A stretch of 64,000 nt of DNA from Calditrichota bacterium (GTDB lineage Bacteria > Electryoneota > AABM5-125-24 > Hatepunaeales > Hatepunaeaceae). Where the stretch lies: assembly GCA_018644935.1 (NCBI GenBank), contig JABGPL010000004.1, positions 13,741-77,740 of the forward strand, given 5' to 3'. The position numbers were made by a program, and so were the translations under genes. Positions within the stretch are counted from its first letter, which is position 1. Each line of letters starts with the position of its first letter. Shown piece after piece: positions 18,559 through 26,961 of this stretch. The notes under the pieces are model-generated. The model was given only the letters and a program-made list of their open reading frames with translations, was not told the origin of the DNA and did not search any database.

Positions 18559-20010
18559 TCAGGTTAATGAATGGTGTATTTCTTTTTCATCTTCGACATT
18601 CTCAAAGATGATGGCTTGGTACAATAGATCATGCAGCCCGACAATTTCGCAATCGACGTTGTTGTCTTCCATCAATTCCTTAAGTTGTTTTTTACAGTTC
18701 GCACAGGGCGCGACACAATACTTTGCTCCCGTTGCGCGAATCTGTTCGGCTTTGGCTCGACCGCCGATTGTTGTTCGATAGGGACGAATTTCATCAATTG
18801 AAACTGTTCCACCACCTCCACCGCAACAAATATTATCACGTCCGCTTGGTGTCATCTCAACATAGTCCTGACAAAATGCTTTGAGCAGCTCGCGTGGTTG
18901 ATCCACTATCCAACCTGAACGAGCGAAATTACATGGATCGTGATAGGTAACTTTTTCCTTGATAACATTCGGTTTGATCTTCAAGCGACCTTCTTTCCAA
19001 GCTTTCCATGAATACTCTAATATGTTAACTACAGGTAGTGCTTCTTTTCCACCACAATAGGTTGGATAGAAATACTTCGCACTGCGGGAAGCATGGCCGC
19101 ATTCACCGATAAGGATAGTCTTAATATTCAGGCGTTTAGTCTCTGCCTCAATTTTATGCAGTACCTCTTCAAGTATGTGATCGCTGTAAAAGAGGCCATA
19201 ATTAATGCCATCGAAATATCCGGTACCGATCGTCCAACTGTCACCCGTTGCTTTGAACACGGCAGCGTTACCCATCAGTGTTTCTGCCTCCATTAGGAAA
19301 TCTGAAACGGCTGGTAGAAATAGATATTCCGCACCGTCCTGATCGATGGGGAAGGGGATATTTATTCCCTTTTCTTCCTCCATATCCTCTGTCAGAAACT
19401 CCAATGTATCTAAAAGCGCAGGAACCGGTATTGCTGATGTATTGCCTGACTTCCCGATCAATTGCTCGCGTGTACTTACTACGAGTGCCCGGGGCGTGAT
19501 TCCAAGCTCAGACAGTATGTACCTTCCCAGATGAGTTATAATGGCATGATCAATTCCCATCGGGCATTCAATGCTACAACGTTTGCATGCGGTACAATTG
19601 TAAAATGACTCCGCCATCTCCTGAATTTGTTCATTCTGTAGTCCGGGATCTCCGAATACTCGACCTCTCAGCATTCCAGAAATGGTAAAGTGTCGTCGAT
19701 AAACCTTTAGCAGAAGTTCGGAACGAAAACATGGGATGTCCTGCTCGTCTCCGGTTGCAAGATATATCTGACAATTGCTTGTGCAGCGAGAGCACTTTGC
19801 ACTGATCCGCACATAATGATCGAGAACTAATCGATAATTTGTATGTTTCAGAATAGCAGCAAATGCTTCAAGAAATCTCTGTGGACGATTTTCAAGAGCA
19901 AAATCTTCAACATGATATCTTACAGACAATTGCTGTTTTTCGATTACATTTTCTTTCTTGGGAGTTTTAAAAGCTCTTTCCCGTTCTTCTTTGTTAATCA
20001 AGAGATTCAT
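18559..20010 (-). CDS. HdrD/DsrK/HmcF-like Fe-S oxidoreductase with CCG domains
   Basis: Ferredoxin motifs CSRCTSNC and CTACKRCSIECP. CCG-domain signatures ECGHASRS, HDPCNFAR, CCGGGGG and APCANCKKQL. Confidence 0.85.
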   Translation of the reverse strand: MNLLINKEERERAFKTPKKENVIEKQQLSVRYHVEDFALENRPQRFLEAFAAILKHTNYRLVLDHYVRISAKCSRCTSNCQIYLATGDEQDIPCFRSELLLKVYRRHFTISGMLRGRVFGDPGLQNEQIQEMAESFYNCTACKRCSIECPMGIDHAIITHLGRYILSELGITPRALVVSTREQLIGKSGNTSAIPVPALLDTLEFLTEDMEEEKGINIPFPIDQDGAEYLFLPAVSDFLMEAETLMGNAAVFKATGDSWTIGTGYFDGINYGLFYSDHILEEVLHKIEAETKRLNIKTILIGECGHASRSAKYFYPTYCGGKEALPVVNILEYSWKAWKEGRLKIKPNVIKEKVTYHDPCNFARSGWIVDQPRELLKAFCQDYVEMTPSGRDNICCGGGGGTVSIDEIRPYRTTIGGRAKAEQIRATGAKYCVAPCANCKKQLKELMEDNNVDCEIVGLHDLLYQAIIFENVEDEKEIHHSLT

Positions 20011-20012
20011 AA

Positions 20013-20834
20013 CTAATTCTCTACCTGGTCAATGTTGATTTTATCATGGTTTTTTATCCTGCCCTTCAAGGGAGGTAATTGTTCTTTTTTGGTCGGGTGT
20101 ACTGCATTAGGATCAGTTGAGGTCGGATCGAGAAGCTCGACTTCGTAATCCTGACATTTTTTGATCATGTTTGAAGTTGAGTTGTGAACAAAAACCCTTG
20201 CATTGTATTCCCTGCTCGTAACATGACTAAATTCCTGAATTTCGGATTCGACCCTATAACTGTGTGCTCCACAACAAATGGCAACTCGAACATTTTTACC
20301 GCAGACAGGGCACTGAATTGTTGCATTGAGATCAATTGGGTAAGAATCAGATTCATTAGCTCGATCTAAGCTCCAACCGTGATTTGTAAATAGGTTTACA
20401 GTCCAGTCAACAAGATCCGAGTTATGGGGCTGAAGTTGGATGTCTCCGTTGTTATTATAAGAGGATTTAATTTGCATTTTACCTGCGAGATATTCATATA
20501 GGGAATCATTTGCAGAACCGGTTGCATTCTCAACCACATGGCACCCTGATGCCTGTAATAGTTGGCGTTCCTGCCCTTCTATCCCATTACAAATTAAAAC
20601 ATTTATGCCTGAATTTTTCAAAAGACGAATTCGTGCCAAACCTCCAGTTTCATCAACATTTAATTCACTGAATGTTATTTTATTGCGAGGTCCTATCTTC
20701 CATATCCGAAACAGTCTTGTGGCAGAGAAGCATGGTGCAACTTCATCTCCAAAGCAGGTGATCGCGATTTTTATTTCCTCACTCAGATTCATATCTGAAT
20801 TAAGCTCATCTTTAATGTGCTTCTCAGTATTCAA
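20013..20834 (-). CDS. First gene of the operon: NifX-like N-terminal domain fused to an uncharacterised Cys-containing C-terminal domain
   Basis: The N-terminus is IKIAITCFGDEVAPCFSATRLFRIWKI...INVLICNGIEGQERQLLQASGCHVV (Nitro_FeMo-Co-like). I do not recognise the C-terminal 140 aa (CPVCGKNVRVAICCGAH). Confidence 0.55.
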   Translation of the reverse strand: MNTEKHIKDELNSDMNLSEEIKIAITCFGDEVAPCFSATRLFRIWKIGPRNKITFSELNVDETGGLARIRLLKNSGINVLICNGIEGQERQLLQASGCHVVENATGSANDSLYEYLAGKMQIKSSYNNNGDIQLQPHNSDLVDWTVNLFTNHGWSLDRANESDSYPIDLNATIQCPVCGKNVRVAICCGAHSYRVESEIQEFSHVTSREYNARVFVHNSTSNMIKKCQDYEVELLDPTSTDPNAVHPTKKEQLPPLKGRIKNHDKINIDQVEN

Positions 20835-20883
20835 TGTTGCAGGTTAAACTCGGTTTGAGTTACGAAATGTAAATAATGCTATA

Positions 20884-20899
20884 TGCTAATAGTGTGCCA
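20884..20899 (-). promoter_or_regulatory. Sigma-54 (-24/-12) promoter of the 12-gene operon
   Basis: The minus strand reads TTGGCACactatTAGCAt, which is GG-N10-GC spacing with one mismatch to TGGCAC-N5-TTGCA. It lies about 50 nt upstream of the start codon at 20834, and a sigma-54 activator gene sits immediately upstream. Confidence 0.8.
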
Positions 20900-20963
20900 A
20901 ATTTCACAAAGATTGTTATACGTTGAAAATATGTGCGATAGGGATTTATAACTTAACTATGGG

Positions 20964-21023
20964 TGTTGCAATGCAACAGTTTGCGACTGTTCATGCAACA
21001 CTATTATGTTGCATGATGCAACA
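20964..21023. promoter_or_regulatory. Cluster of TGTTGCA/TGCAACA inverted repeats (candidate enhancer/UAS for the bEBP)
   Basis: TGTTGCAaTGCAACA (20964-20978), TGCAACA (20994-21000) and TGTTGCAtgaTGCAACA (21007-21023). They lie 65-140 bp upstream of the -24/-12 element. Confidence 0.65.
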
Positions 21024-21178
21024 TATTGTAGCAGTGTTAGAAATGTTGTGGGGTTTGGGAAAATTACAATTGGGAGAGAAATTGAAACCATTTCTGAGAA
21101 TGAAACGATTCAATTCGAGGATGAACTACGTCTTACAAATCTGAATTATTGTGTTATGAATGCTGTATTGATAATCCA

Positions 21179-22600
21179 CTATTGTACATCATATTTGCGC
21201 ATTTTTCTCCATAATGTAGACCGGTTCATACCAAGCATTTCCGCAGCTTTTGTTTTATTTCCACCGGATTGTTTAAGTGCCTGGAGAATTAATGCTCCTT
21301 CATCAACCACTGTTCTATCTAAAAATGAGCTCTGTAAAGAATATTTGTTTTGATCACTCATCTTGTCCTGAGATTGCAGTTCCACCGGCAGGTGTTCTAC
21401 TCCGAGGGTTCTGCCATGACAGATAGCATAGCCATATTCGATGATGTTCTCCAATTCACGGATGTTGCCTGGATATTCATGGTTTATTAATATTGACATT
21501 ACAACAGGAGTAACGCCTACAATATTTTTGCCCTTGCGCGCATTGAAAAGTCTAATGAAGTGATCCACTAAATAGGGGATATCCACTCGGCGATCTTTGA
21601 GTGGTGGTAGATCGAATCGGATGACAGCCAGACGGAAATACAAGTCATTCCTGAAATTGCCTTGCTCGACTAATTCCTTCAGATTGCGATTTGTTGCAGC
21701 AACTATCCGGATATTTGCTTTCACAGTTTTAACACTGCCAAGAGGCTCGTATTCTTTCTGCTGAACCAGCCTGAGAAGCTTAACCTGAGTTGAAAGAGGG
21801 AGCTCGCCAATTTCATCTAAGAAAACTGTTCCGTTCTCTGCAATGGTGAGTTTACCGGGTTTATCCTTCTTGGCATCTGTAAAAGCACCCTTTGTATAGC
21901 CGAACATCTCTGACTCAAAGAGTTGTGGAGGGAGGGCCCCGCAATTGATTACAACATAAGGTTCTTTCTTACGGGGAGATAGATTGTGAATCGCTTGAGC
22001 AAACAGCTCTTTTCCTGAACCTGATGGTCCCTGGATCAAGACGCTACTTTCACTCTCTGCAACATCAGGAAGAATTGATAATATCTTTAGAAGTAAGGGA
22101 CTTTTTGTAATGATATCTTCAAATGAGTAGTTTTTTTCAAGTTGTTTGCGGAGGTCTTCAATTGCACTTAGATCGCGGAACGTTTCAACTGCTCCGAGTA
22201 CATTACCGTCATCATCGCGCAGAACAGCCGTCGAAATTGATATCGGAACACGACGACCGTTGCTATCGAGAATATGTACAGGTATGTCGATCGCTTCCTG
22301 CCCGGTTTGCATACTCTTCTCAAGCAAGCAGCCAGTTTCACAAATGTCAGAATGAAATACTTCATAACATTTTTTTCCGATTGCCTGTTTTGAAGGCGTA
22401 CCGGTGATTCTCTCTGCTGCTGGATTAAAGGATGTTATGCACCTTTGGTCATCGATGGTGAACACACCATCTGCAATTGAACTTAAAATGGTTTTGAAAA
22501 AACGATTTTCCTGGTCTGAGCCATTCATACTTTTGTACTTTTCCAAGTTGGAGGATCGGCTGACGGTTTCAATAAAAGTTAGGTTTAGATTCTCTATCAT
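21179..22600 (-). CDS. Sigma-54-dependent transcriptional activator (PAS, AAA+, Fis-type HTH; no receiver domain)
   Basis: Walker A GPSGSGKELFA, the GAFTDA loop (GAFTGA-type), ESEMFGY, and the C-terminal HTH NKTKAAEMLGMNRSTLWRKMRKY. The N-terminal PAS carries CYEVFHSDICETGC. Confidence 0.9.
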   Translation of the reverse strand: MIENLNLTFIETVSRSSNLEKYKSMNGSDQENRFFKTILSSIADGVFTIDDQRCITSFNPAAERITGTPSKQAIGKKCYEVFHSDICETGCLLEKSMQTGQEAIDIPVHILDSNGRRVPISISTAVLRDDDGNVLGAVETFRDLSAIEDLRKQLEKNYSFEDIITKSPLLLKILSILPDVAESESSVLIQGPSGSGKELFAQAIHNLSPRKKEPYVVINCGALPPQLFESEMFGYTKGAFTDAKKDKPGKLTIAENGTVFLDEIGELPLSTQVKLLRLVQQKEYEPLGSVKTVKANIRIVAATNRNLKELVEQGNFRNDLYFRLAVIRFDLPPLKDRRVDIPYLVDHFIRLFNARKGKNIVGVTPVVMSILINHEYPGNIRELENIIEYGYAICHGRTLGVEHLPVELQSQDKMSDQNKYSLQSSFLDRTVVDEGALILQALKQSGGNKTKAAEMLGMNRSTLWRKMRKYDVQ

Positions 22601-22867
22601 TCAAGCTATTCCAAATACATTTATCCAAGTACAGCATTTCCAGAGTGATTTGAGTCCCAGTTTTCGGTCCAAGACATGACATTGGCTTTGTTCCGGGTTA
22701 TTATAACCAACAGAATTTGATTTGGGATTATGGCATTTCCCGAAAGTATTGGAATATGCCTGTAATTGCGAGGAACGATGCGACCCAAAAAGCGAAAATC
22801 CAAAAGAGCCGGCGTATTTGTAGGTTATTGAGGAGCATTTAAGGTAGGGTTATAAAGCGTTCAGGCT

Positions 22868-22904
22868 GTGTGGCTTGGGCTACTTGTTGCCCAAGTTTCT
22901 TTAC
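22868..22904 (+). repeat. REP element copy b (plus orientation)
   Basis: GTGTGGCTTGGGCTACTTGTTGCCCAAGTTTCTTTAC. It has a 7-bp stem CTTGGGC/GCCCAAG and an 8-nt loop TACTTGTT. Confidence 0.9.
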
Positions 22905-22959
22905 AAAAAATAATTACCTTTTCTTGCGATAGCTTTATATATGATTTATCTTGCAGGAA

Positions 22960-22996
22960 ATAAGGAAGCCCAGGCAATAAATAGCCCGGTCCACAC
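22960..22996 (-). repeat. REP element copy c (minus orientation, degenerate, loop subtype TATTTATT)
   Basis: The reverse complement is GTGTGGACCGGGCTATTTATTGCCTGGGCTTCCTTAT. It forms an inverted doublet with copy b, with a spacer of about 55 nt. Confidence 0.7.
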
Positions 22997-23037
22997 GGGA
23001 ATTCAAGCTTTTTTCGTAAATATTAAATGTTTTCAAA

Positions 23038-23571
23038 ATGCCAAAGAGATATGAAGAACTCAACTACGCCCATTACCTAACATTTTCATGTTACAAGAGG
23101 TATAGACTATTTACGAACGAGGACCTTTGCAACCTTTTTGTGAACCACTTGGATAGAGCTCGTGACCGTCGAAAATTTGATCTGTGGGCGTTTGTAATTA
23201 TGCCTACGCACGTTCATTTACTTATTCGACCATCAGTTGACGATTCAATTAGCAAAATCCTCATTTCCTTAAAGAAATCTTTCAGCTATGAAGCACTTCC
23301 TCGAATTAAGGACAACAATCCTGAACATTTTGCGCGATTGAGTATTTCAGAAAGAGGACATAAGGTCAGAAGATTTTGGCAGGTTGGTGGAGGGTATGAC
23401 AGTAACATATTCACAGCCAATATATTAAAAAGAAAAATCGATTACATGCACATGAATCCTGTCAAAAAAGGTCTTGTTAATGAGCCTGTTGAATGGCAAT
23501 GGTCAAGTGCAAGATTCTGGATTCAGAACATTTGCGATCCCTTAAGCCTGGATGATATCGAGATATTCTGA
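23038..23571 (+). CDS. REP-associated tyrosine transposase (RAYT; IS200/IS605 TnpA-like HUH Y1 transposase)
   Basis: It has the HUH motif VIMPTHVHLLIRP and the catalytic-Tyr motif IDYMHMNPVKKGLV. It is 177 aa long and flanked by REP hairpins. Confidence 0.85.
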   Translation: MPKRYEELNYAHYLTFSCYKRYRLFTNEDLCNLFVNHLDRARDRRKFDLWAFVIMPTHVHLLIRPSVDDSISKILISLKKSFSYEALPRIKDNNPEHFARLSISERGHKVRRFWQVGGGYDSNIFTANILKRKIDYMHMNPVKKGLVNEPVEWQWSSARFWIQNICDPLSLDDIEIF

Positions 23572-23582
23572 AAAAAACACCT

Positions 23583-23619
23583 GTGTGGCTTGGGCTACTC
23601 GTTGCCCAAGTTTCATTAC
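23583..23619 (+). repeat. REP element copy d (plus orientation)
   Basis: GTGTGGCTTGGGCTACTCGTTGCCCAAGTTTCATTAC. Confidence 0.9.
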
Positions 23620-23684
23620 AAATCACATTCACCTCTAACGATATATTCAATGAAAACATTGTCTTATACTAATTGGAAATATTT

Positions 23685-24596
23685 ATGAAAGACGTTAGAT
23701 TTATGTGGCAAAAAAGGCTATCTGAAGCGTTCTCAGATGAAGAACATATAATTGGAAGATCTGTCCTCACTATGAGAGAGATTGACAAGAATATTGAACT
23801 CAGAATCGTTGAAAAATATCAGGGGTACGACCAAACAATACACGCATTTATTGAATATTGGTACCAGACCTTATCTGGTTTCCAAGAATCAGTTCCAGCT
23901 GAAGATGATCAACATCTCCTTCTTTATTTATCTGTCCTTGCACCAAGTTTTGGAAGATTTAGGCAGAGCTGGGAAGTTTTTCTTACCGGACATTATTTTG
24001 ATGCAATATCAATGCTCAGATCGGTGTACCAAACAGTGTTAATAATTGCAGCCGATCAAGATTCGAACTTTGATTTTCTTGGACAAGAGGACAATATCGG
24101 TCAAAATGTAGGACAAGCAACAGAGGAAAAAAGATCAAAAATCATACACAAAGGATTTGTATCCCTTGAAAAAGAGGCATCCAGATTAATTGTGGGTAAT
24201 AAAAGTGATTTGAAACAAGTCACAATCCAAAACCTCGAATATTTCTTGAGGATCATCCATAAAACAGTTCATCCCCTAAATCCACACATATCTTCAAACC
24301 TTCGAGTAGCATTTAATCGAAAACTCTCACTCTTCCCAGAACCTGATGATGATCAACTTTCTCAATACCTGAATATTTCCAACTTCATCGGTTGGATGAC
24401 TCTTAGGGTACTCTCTCTTTTCAATCGACATCAACAACTATTTAATGATGACTGGATGCGAAGAACAAAAGCTCTCGATGAGGCATTCGAGACACTCGTG
24501 GAAGGATTTGCAGAACTTGAAAAACCAATAGGTGAGGCTATTATTGAGTTGATTGATAAGAAATTTTCATTTAATAACTCAACCAAAGAAACATGA
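23685..24596 (+). CDS. Hypothetical all-alpha protein (low-GC cassette gene 1)
   Basis: The ORF track gives 23673..24596 (TTG); the first ATG is at 23685. I recognise no motif. Confidence 0.5.
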   Translation: MKDVRFMWQKRLSEAFSDEEHIIGRSVLTMREIDKNIELRIVEKYQGYDQTIHAFIEYWYQTLSGFQESVPAEDDQHLLLYLSVLAPSFGRFRQSWEVFLTGHYFDAISMLRSVYQTVLIIAADQDSNFDFLGQEDNIGQNVGQATEEKRSKIIHKGFVSLEKEASRLIVGNKSDLKQVTIQNLEYFLRIIHKTVHPLNPHISSNLRVAFNRKLSLFPEPDDDQLSQYLNISNFIGWMTLRVLSLFNRHQQLFNDDWMRRTKALDEAFETLVEGFAELEKPIGEAIIELIDKKFSFNNSTKET

Positions 24597-24690
24597 TTCC
24601 TATTTTTAAGCATTTATAGACATCATATCTTTATGTGATTGCAGAAGATTATGCAAACCAACAAACCTTTAAAAATCATGGAGTCTTAAA

Positions 24691-25371
24691 TTGGATCCAC
24701 AACTTTCAGCAAAATTCCAGCAGAAATTTCAAAATTTAAATAGAAAATGGAACCAAGAACACGGGAAGCGAAACATCGAACTTGCTAGTCGTGGTTCTTT
24801 ACGATCTGGTATTGCGTTGCAAGCAAACCGTGAAGCAATTGCAGAAAATATGCGTGAAATGATTGAAGAACTAATCAATGTTGCAAAACAACATCAGGAA
24901 CTTCGTCAGATACGATATACGAATAAGGAACTAAAGGCAATTGAAGAATCGATTTCATTATGGTTAGAGGGATATCTTAGCGAAACCCAAAGAGGATTCG
25001 AAGCTTCAATGGCAAACCAGGGCATGACTAAACCTGATTATCTTAATATGACAAAAATGCGATTCGCTCTAATTCAGACCGAGTGTATTTCTAGTTTAAA
25101 AACATCACTTGGTGACTTAAAATTGTATAAACCACCTGTTTCACCAGAAATTGTTGTCAATATTATAAATAACATCAACATCGATATGGATGTTGTACTT
25201 CGCGAGATGATTCAAAAGATTGCTGCTTCAAAATGTGAAAATGAAACAGAGAAAACGAAACTCAAGAAGTTGCTTGAATCTCTTCGTAAGAGTACTATGA
25301 TCAAAGAGATTGGGAAAACCGTAATTCAAGAATCAATTCGTTTTGCAGCTAAAAGTGCGATGGGAGTATAG
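24691..25371 (+). CDS. Hypothetical coiled-coil/alpha protein (low-GC cassette gene 2)
   Basis: It has a TTG start with GGAG 7 nt upstream. I recognise no motif. Confidence 0.45.
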   Translation: MDPQLSAKFQQKFQNLNRKWNQEHGKRNIELASRGSLRSGIALQANREAIAENMREMIEELINVAKQHQELRQIRYTNKELKAIEESISLWLEGYLSETQRGFEASMANQGMTKPDYLNMTKMRFALIQTECISSLKTSLGDLKLYKPPVSPEIVVNIINNINIDMDVVLREMIQKIAASKCENETEKTKLKKLLESLRKSTMIKEIGKTVIQESIRFAAKSAMGV

Positions 25372-25419
25372 AACAGGTTAGAGGATTGTCCGGCTATTAC
25401 TATCAGGTAATTGAGTCAG

Positions 25420-25456
25420 GTAAGGAAACCCTGGCAACAAGTAGCCAGGGCCACAC
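25420..25456 (-). repeat. REP element copy e (minus orientation), stem variant CCCTGGC/GCCAGGG
   Basis: The reverse complement is GTGTGGCCCTGGCTACTTGTTGCCAGGGTTTCCTTAC. Confidence 0.85.
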
Positions 25457-25469
25457 ATGTAGGCTCTTC

Positions 25470-25513
25470 AAAAAGCAAAAAGCCCGAGCCATCCAAAATA
25501 GCCCGGGCTTTTC
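25470..25513. terminator. Bidirectional intrinsic terminator (downstream of the flotillin gene and of the cassette)
   Basis: AAAAAGCAAAAAGCCCGAGCcatccaaaataGCCCGGGCTTTTC. The GC-rich stem is flanked by A and T runs on both strands. Confidence 0.75.
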
Positions 25514-25530
25514 AATACCATAATTAAACT

Positions 25531-26961
25531 CTACTCTTCCCCATCATCCTCAACAACATCTTCTTCCACAGGTTCGACCACCTGAGGTAATTCTACCCTA
25601 GGTGCTCCATCCTTGGTAAAAAGATCGGAGAGGTTAAAACCTACCGATTTGAACAGTTCATCCCATTGGGGTAATGCTCCTAACATGCCGGACATGAACT
25701 TGGCTGTGGCTGGTTTACCGTCGCCACCTGCTCCACCGAGGTTATCCCAGACGGTGACCTTGTCAATTTTGATGCCTTTAATCGCGTCAACCTGAATCCT
25801 TGCGAGTTCGGTCAGCTTTTCAGTGACCATCAACAGTGCAGCAGCGTTTGGATCGGTTCCGGATGCATCGACAATTCGTTTCAGTCCTTCAGCTCGGTTG
25901 GACAGTATCTCGTTGATACCACGTGCTTCACCTTCCATCTCGTTGAAGGTTGCGTCACCCATACCTTTTGCTTCACGTCTAAGTTTTTCAGCAGCCGCTT
26001 CCGCTTCGATCTCGATGCGTTCTTTGGCAATCTGCGCCGGGACGATAGTATCTGCTTTCATTGATGCTCGATCACGCTCAGCACGGGTTTTCTCAGCAGC
26101 CTCTTCAGCGACGTATGATTCTTCTTTCGCCTTGGCAGATTGAACACGCTCGGCTGCTTTTGCACGCTTTTCAGCTTCTGCCTCACGCTCACGACGGTCT
26201 GAATTACTGTTTGCAATTGCCACCTTGGCTGAGTTTTCACCTGTAACAGCTTTGGAGTCGGCATCTGCAACCTGGATTCGCTGATCCTGCTCAGCCCTGG
26301 CCTTACCGATGTCACCGTCTCTGTTTCTTTCAGCGACGACCTTTTTCGCTTCGTTGATAGCACGTGCCGCGGCTTCTTTACCGAGAGCATCAATATAACC
26401 GCTTTCATCGGCGATATCCTTGATGTTCACGTTGATCAGGTTCAACCCGATTTTCGTAAGTTCTGTGCCGACACTGACCCTCACATTCTCGAGGAATTTC
26501 TCACGGTCAACATTGATCTCCTCAATTGCCATTGTCGCAACAACAGCACGAAGCTGACCGATAATGATATTCTCTGCTGTATCACTAATTGACTCTTTTT
26601 TCAGTCCAAGCAACCTGACTGCAGCGTTCAACATCGTACCTTCCTGTGTTGAAATAGCTACCGTAAAGATCGAAGGCACATGAATCCTAATGTTCTGCTT
26701 GGAGAGTGCACTCCGGAGGTTGATATCGATTGTGATAGGTTTTAAATCGAGATATTCATAGCTCTGAATCAGCGGCCAGACGAATGCTGCGCCACCATGT
26801 ACACACTTCGCACTACGAGCCGTCCCTTCCGTATCCCGCCCGGTTTTACCATAAATTACGAGCAACTTGTCGGATGGACACCTCTTGTAGCGCCGCATTG
26901 CTCCGATAAGAACGGCAAAAACAATAAAAACTAATGCTGTGATTGGTATTAATAATTCCAT
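25531..26961 (-). CDS. Flotillin / SPFH (band-7) domain membrane protein (YqiK-like)
   Basis: An N-terminal TM is followed by an SPFH core and a long Ala/Glu/Lys-rich coiled coil (AEKRAKAAERVQSAKAKEE...). Confidence 0.85.
   Translation of the reverse strand: MELLIPITALVFIVFAVLIGAMRRYKRCPSDKLLVIYGKTGRDTEGTARSAKCVHGGAAFVWPLIQSYEYLDLKPITIDINLRSALSKQNIRIHVPSIFTVAISTQEGTMLNAAVRLLGLKKESISDTAENIIIGQLRAVVATMAIEEINVDREKFLENVRVSVGTELTKIGLNLINVNIKDIADESGYIDALGKEAAARAINEAKKVVAERNRDGDIGKARAEQDQRIQVADADSKAVTGENSAKVAIANSNSDRREREAEAEKRAKAAERVQSAKAKEESYVAEEAAEKTRAERDRASMKADTIVPAQIAKERIEIEAEAAAEKLRREAKGMGDATFNEMEGEARGINEILSNRAEGLKRIVDASGTDPNAAALLMVTEKLTELARIQVDAIKGIKIDKVTVWDNLGGAGGDGKPATAKFMSGMLGALPQWDELFKSVGFNLSDLFTKDGAPRVELPQVVEPVEEDVVEDDGEE

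Larger units (their letters stand above)
22868..23619 (+). mobile_element. REPIN-RAYT locus: Y1 transposase gene flanked by its cognate REP hairpins
   Basis: REP b(+)/c(-) lie upstream and REP d(+) lies 12 nt downstream of the transposase stop. Confidence 0.8.

Noticed and set aside
20923-21353. Two plus-strand ORFs (73 and 115 aa) lie in the regulatory region between the activator gene and the operon.
   Set aside because: They overlap the palindromic enhancer sites and the 3' end of the activator gene. They have no RBS or motif and are better explained as non-coding regulatory DNA.
25390-25416. A possible highly degenerate plus-oriented REP partner (GATTGTCCGGCTATTACTATCAGG) lies next to REP e.
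   Set aside because: The head motif and the stem pairing are both largely lost. The similarity is too weak to call without a statistical alignment.
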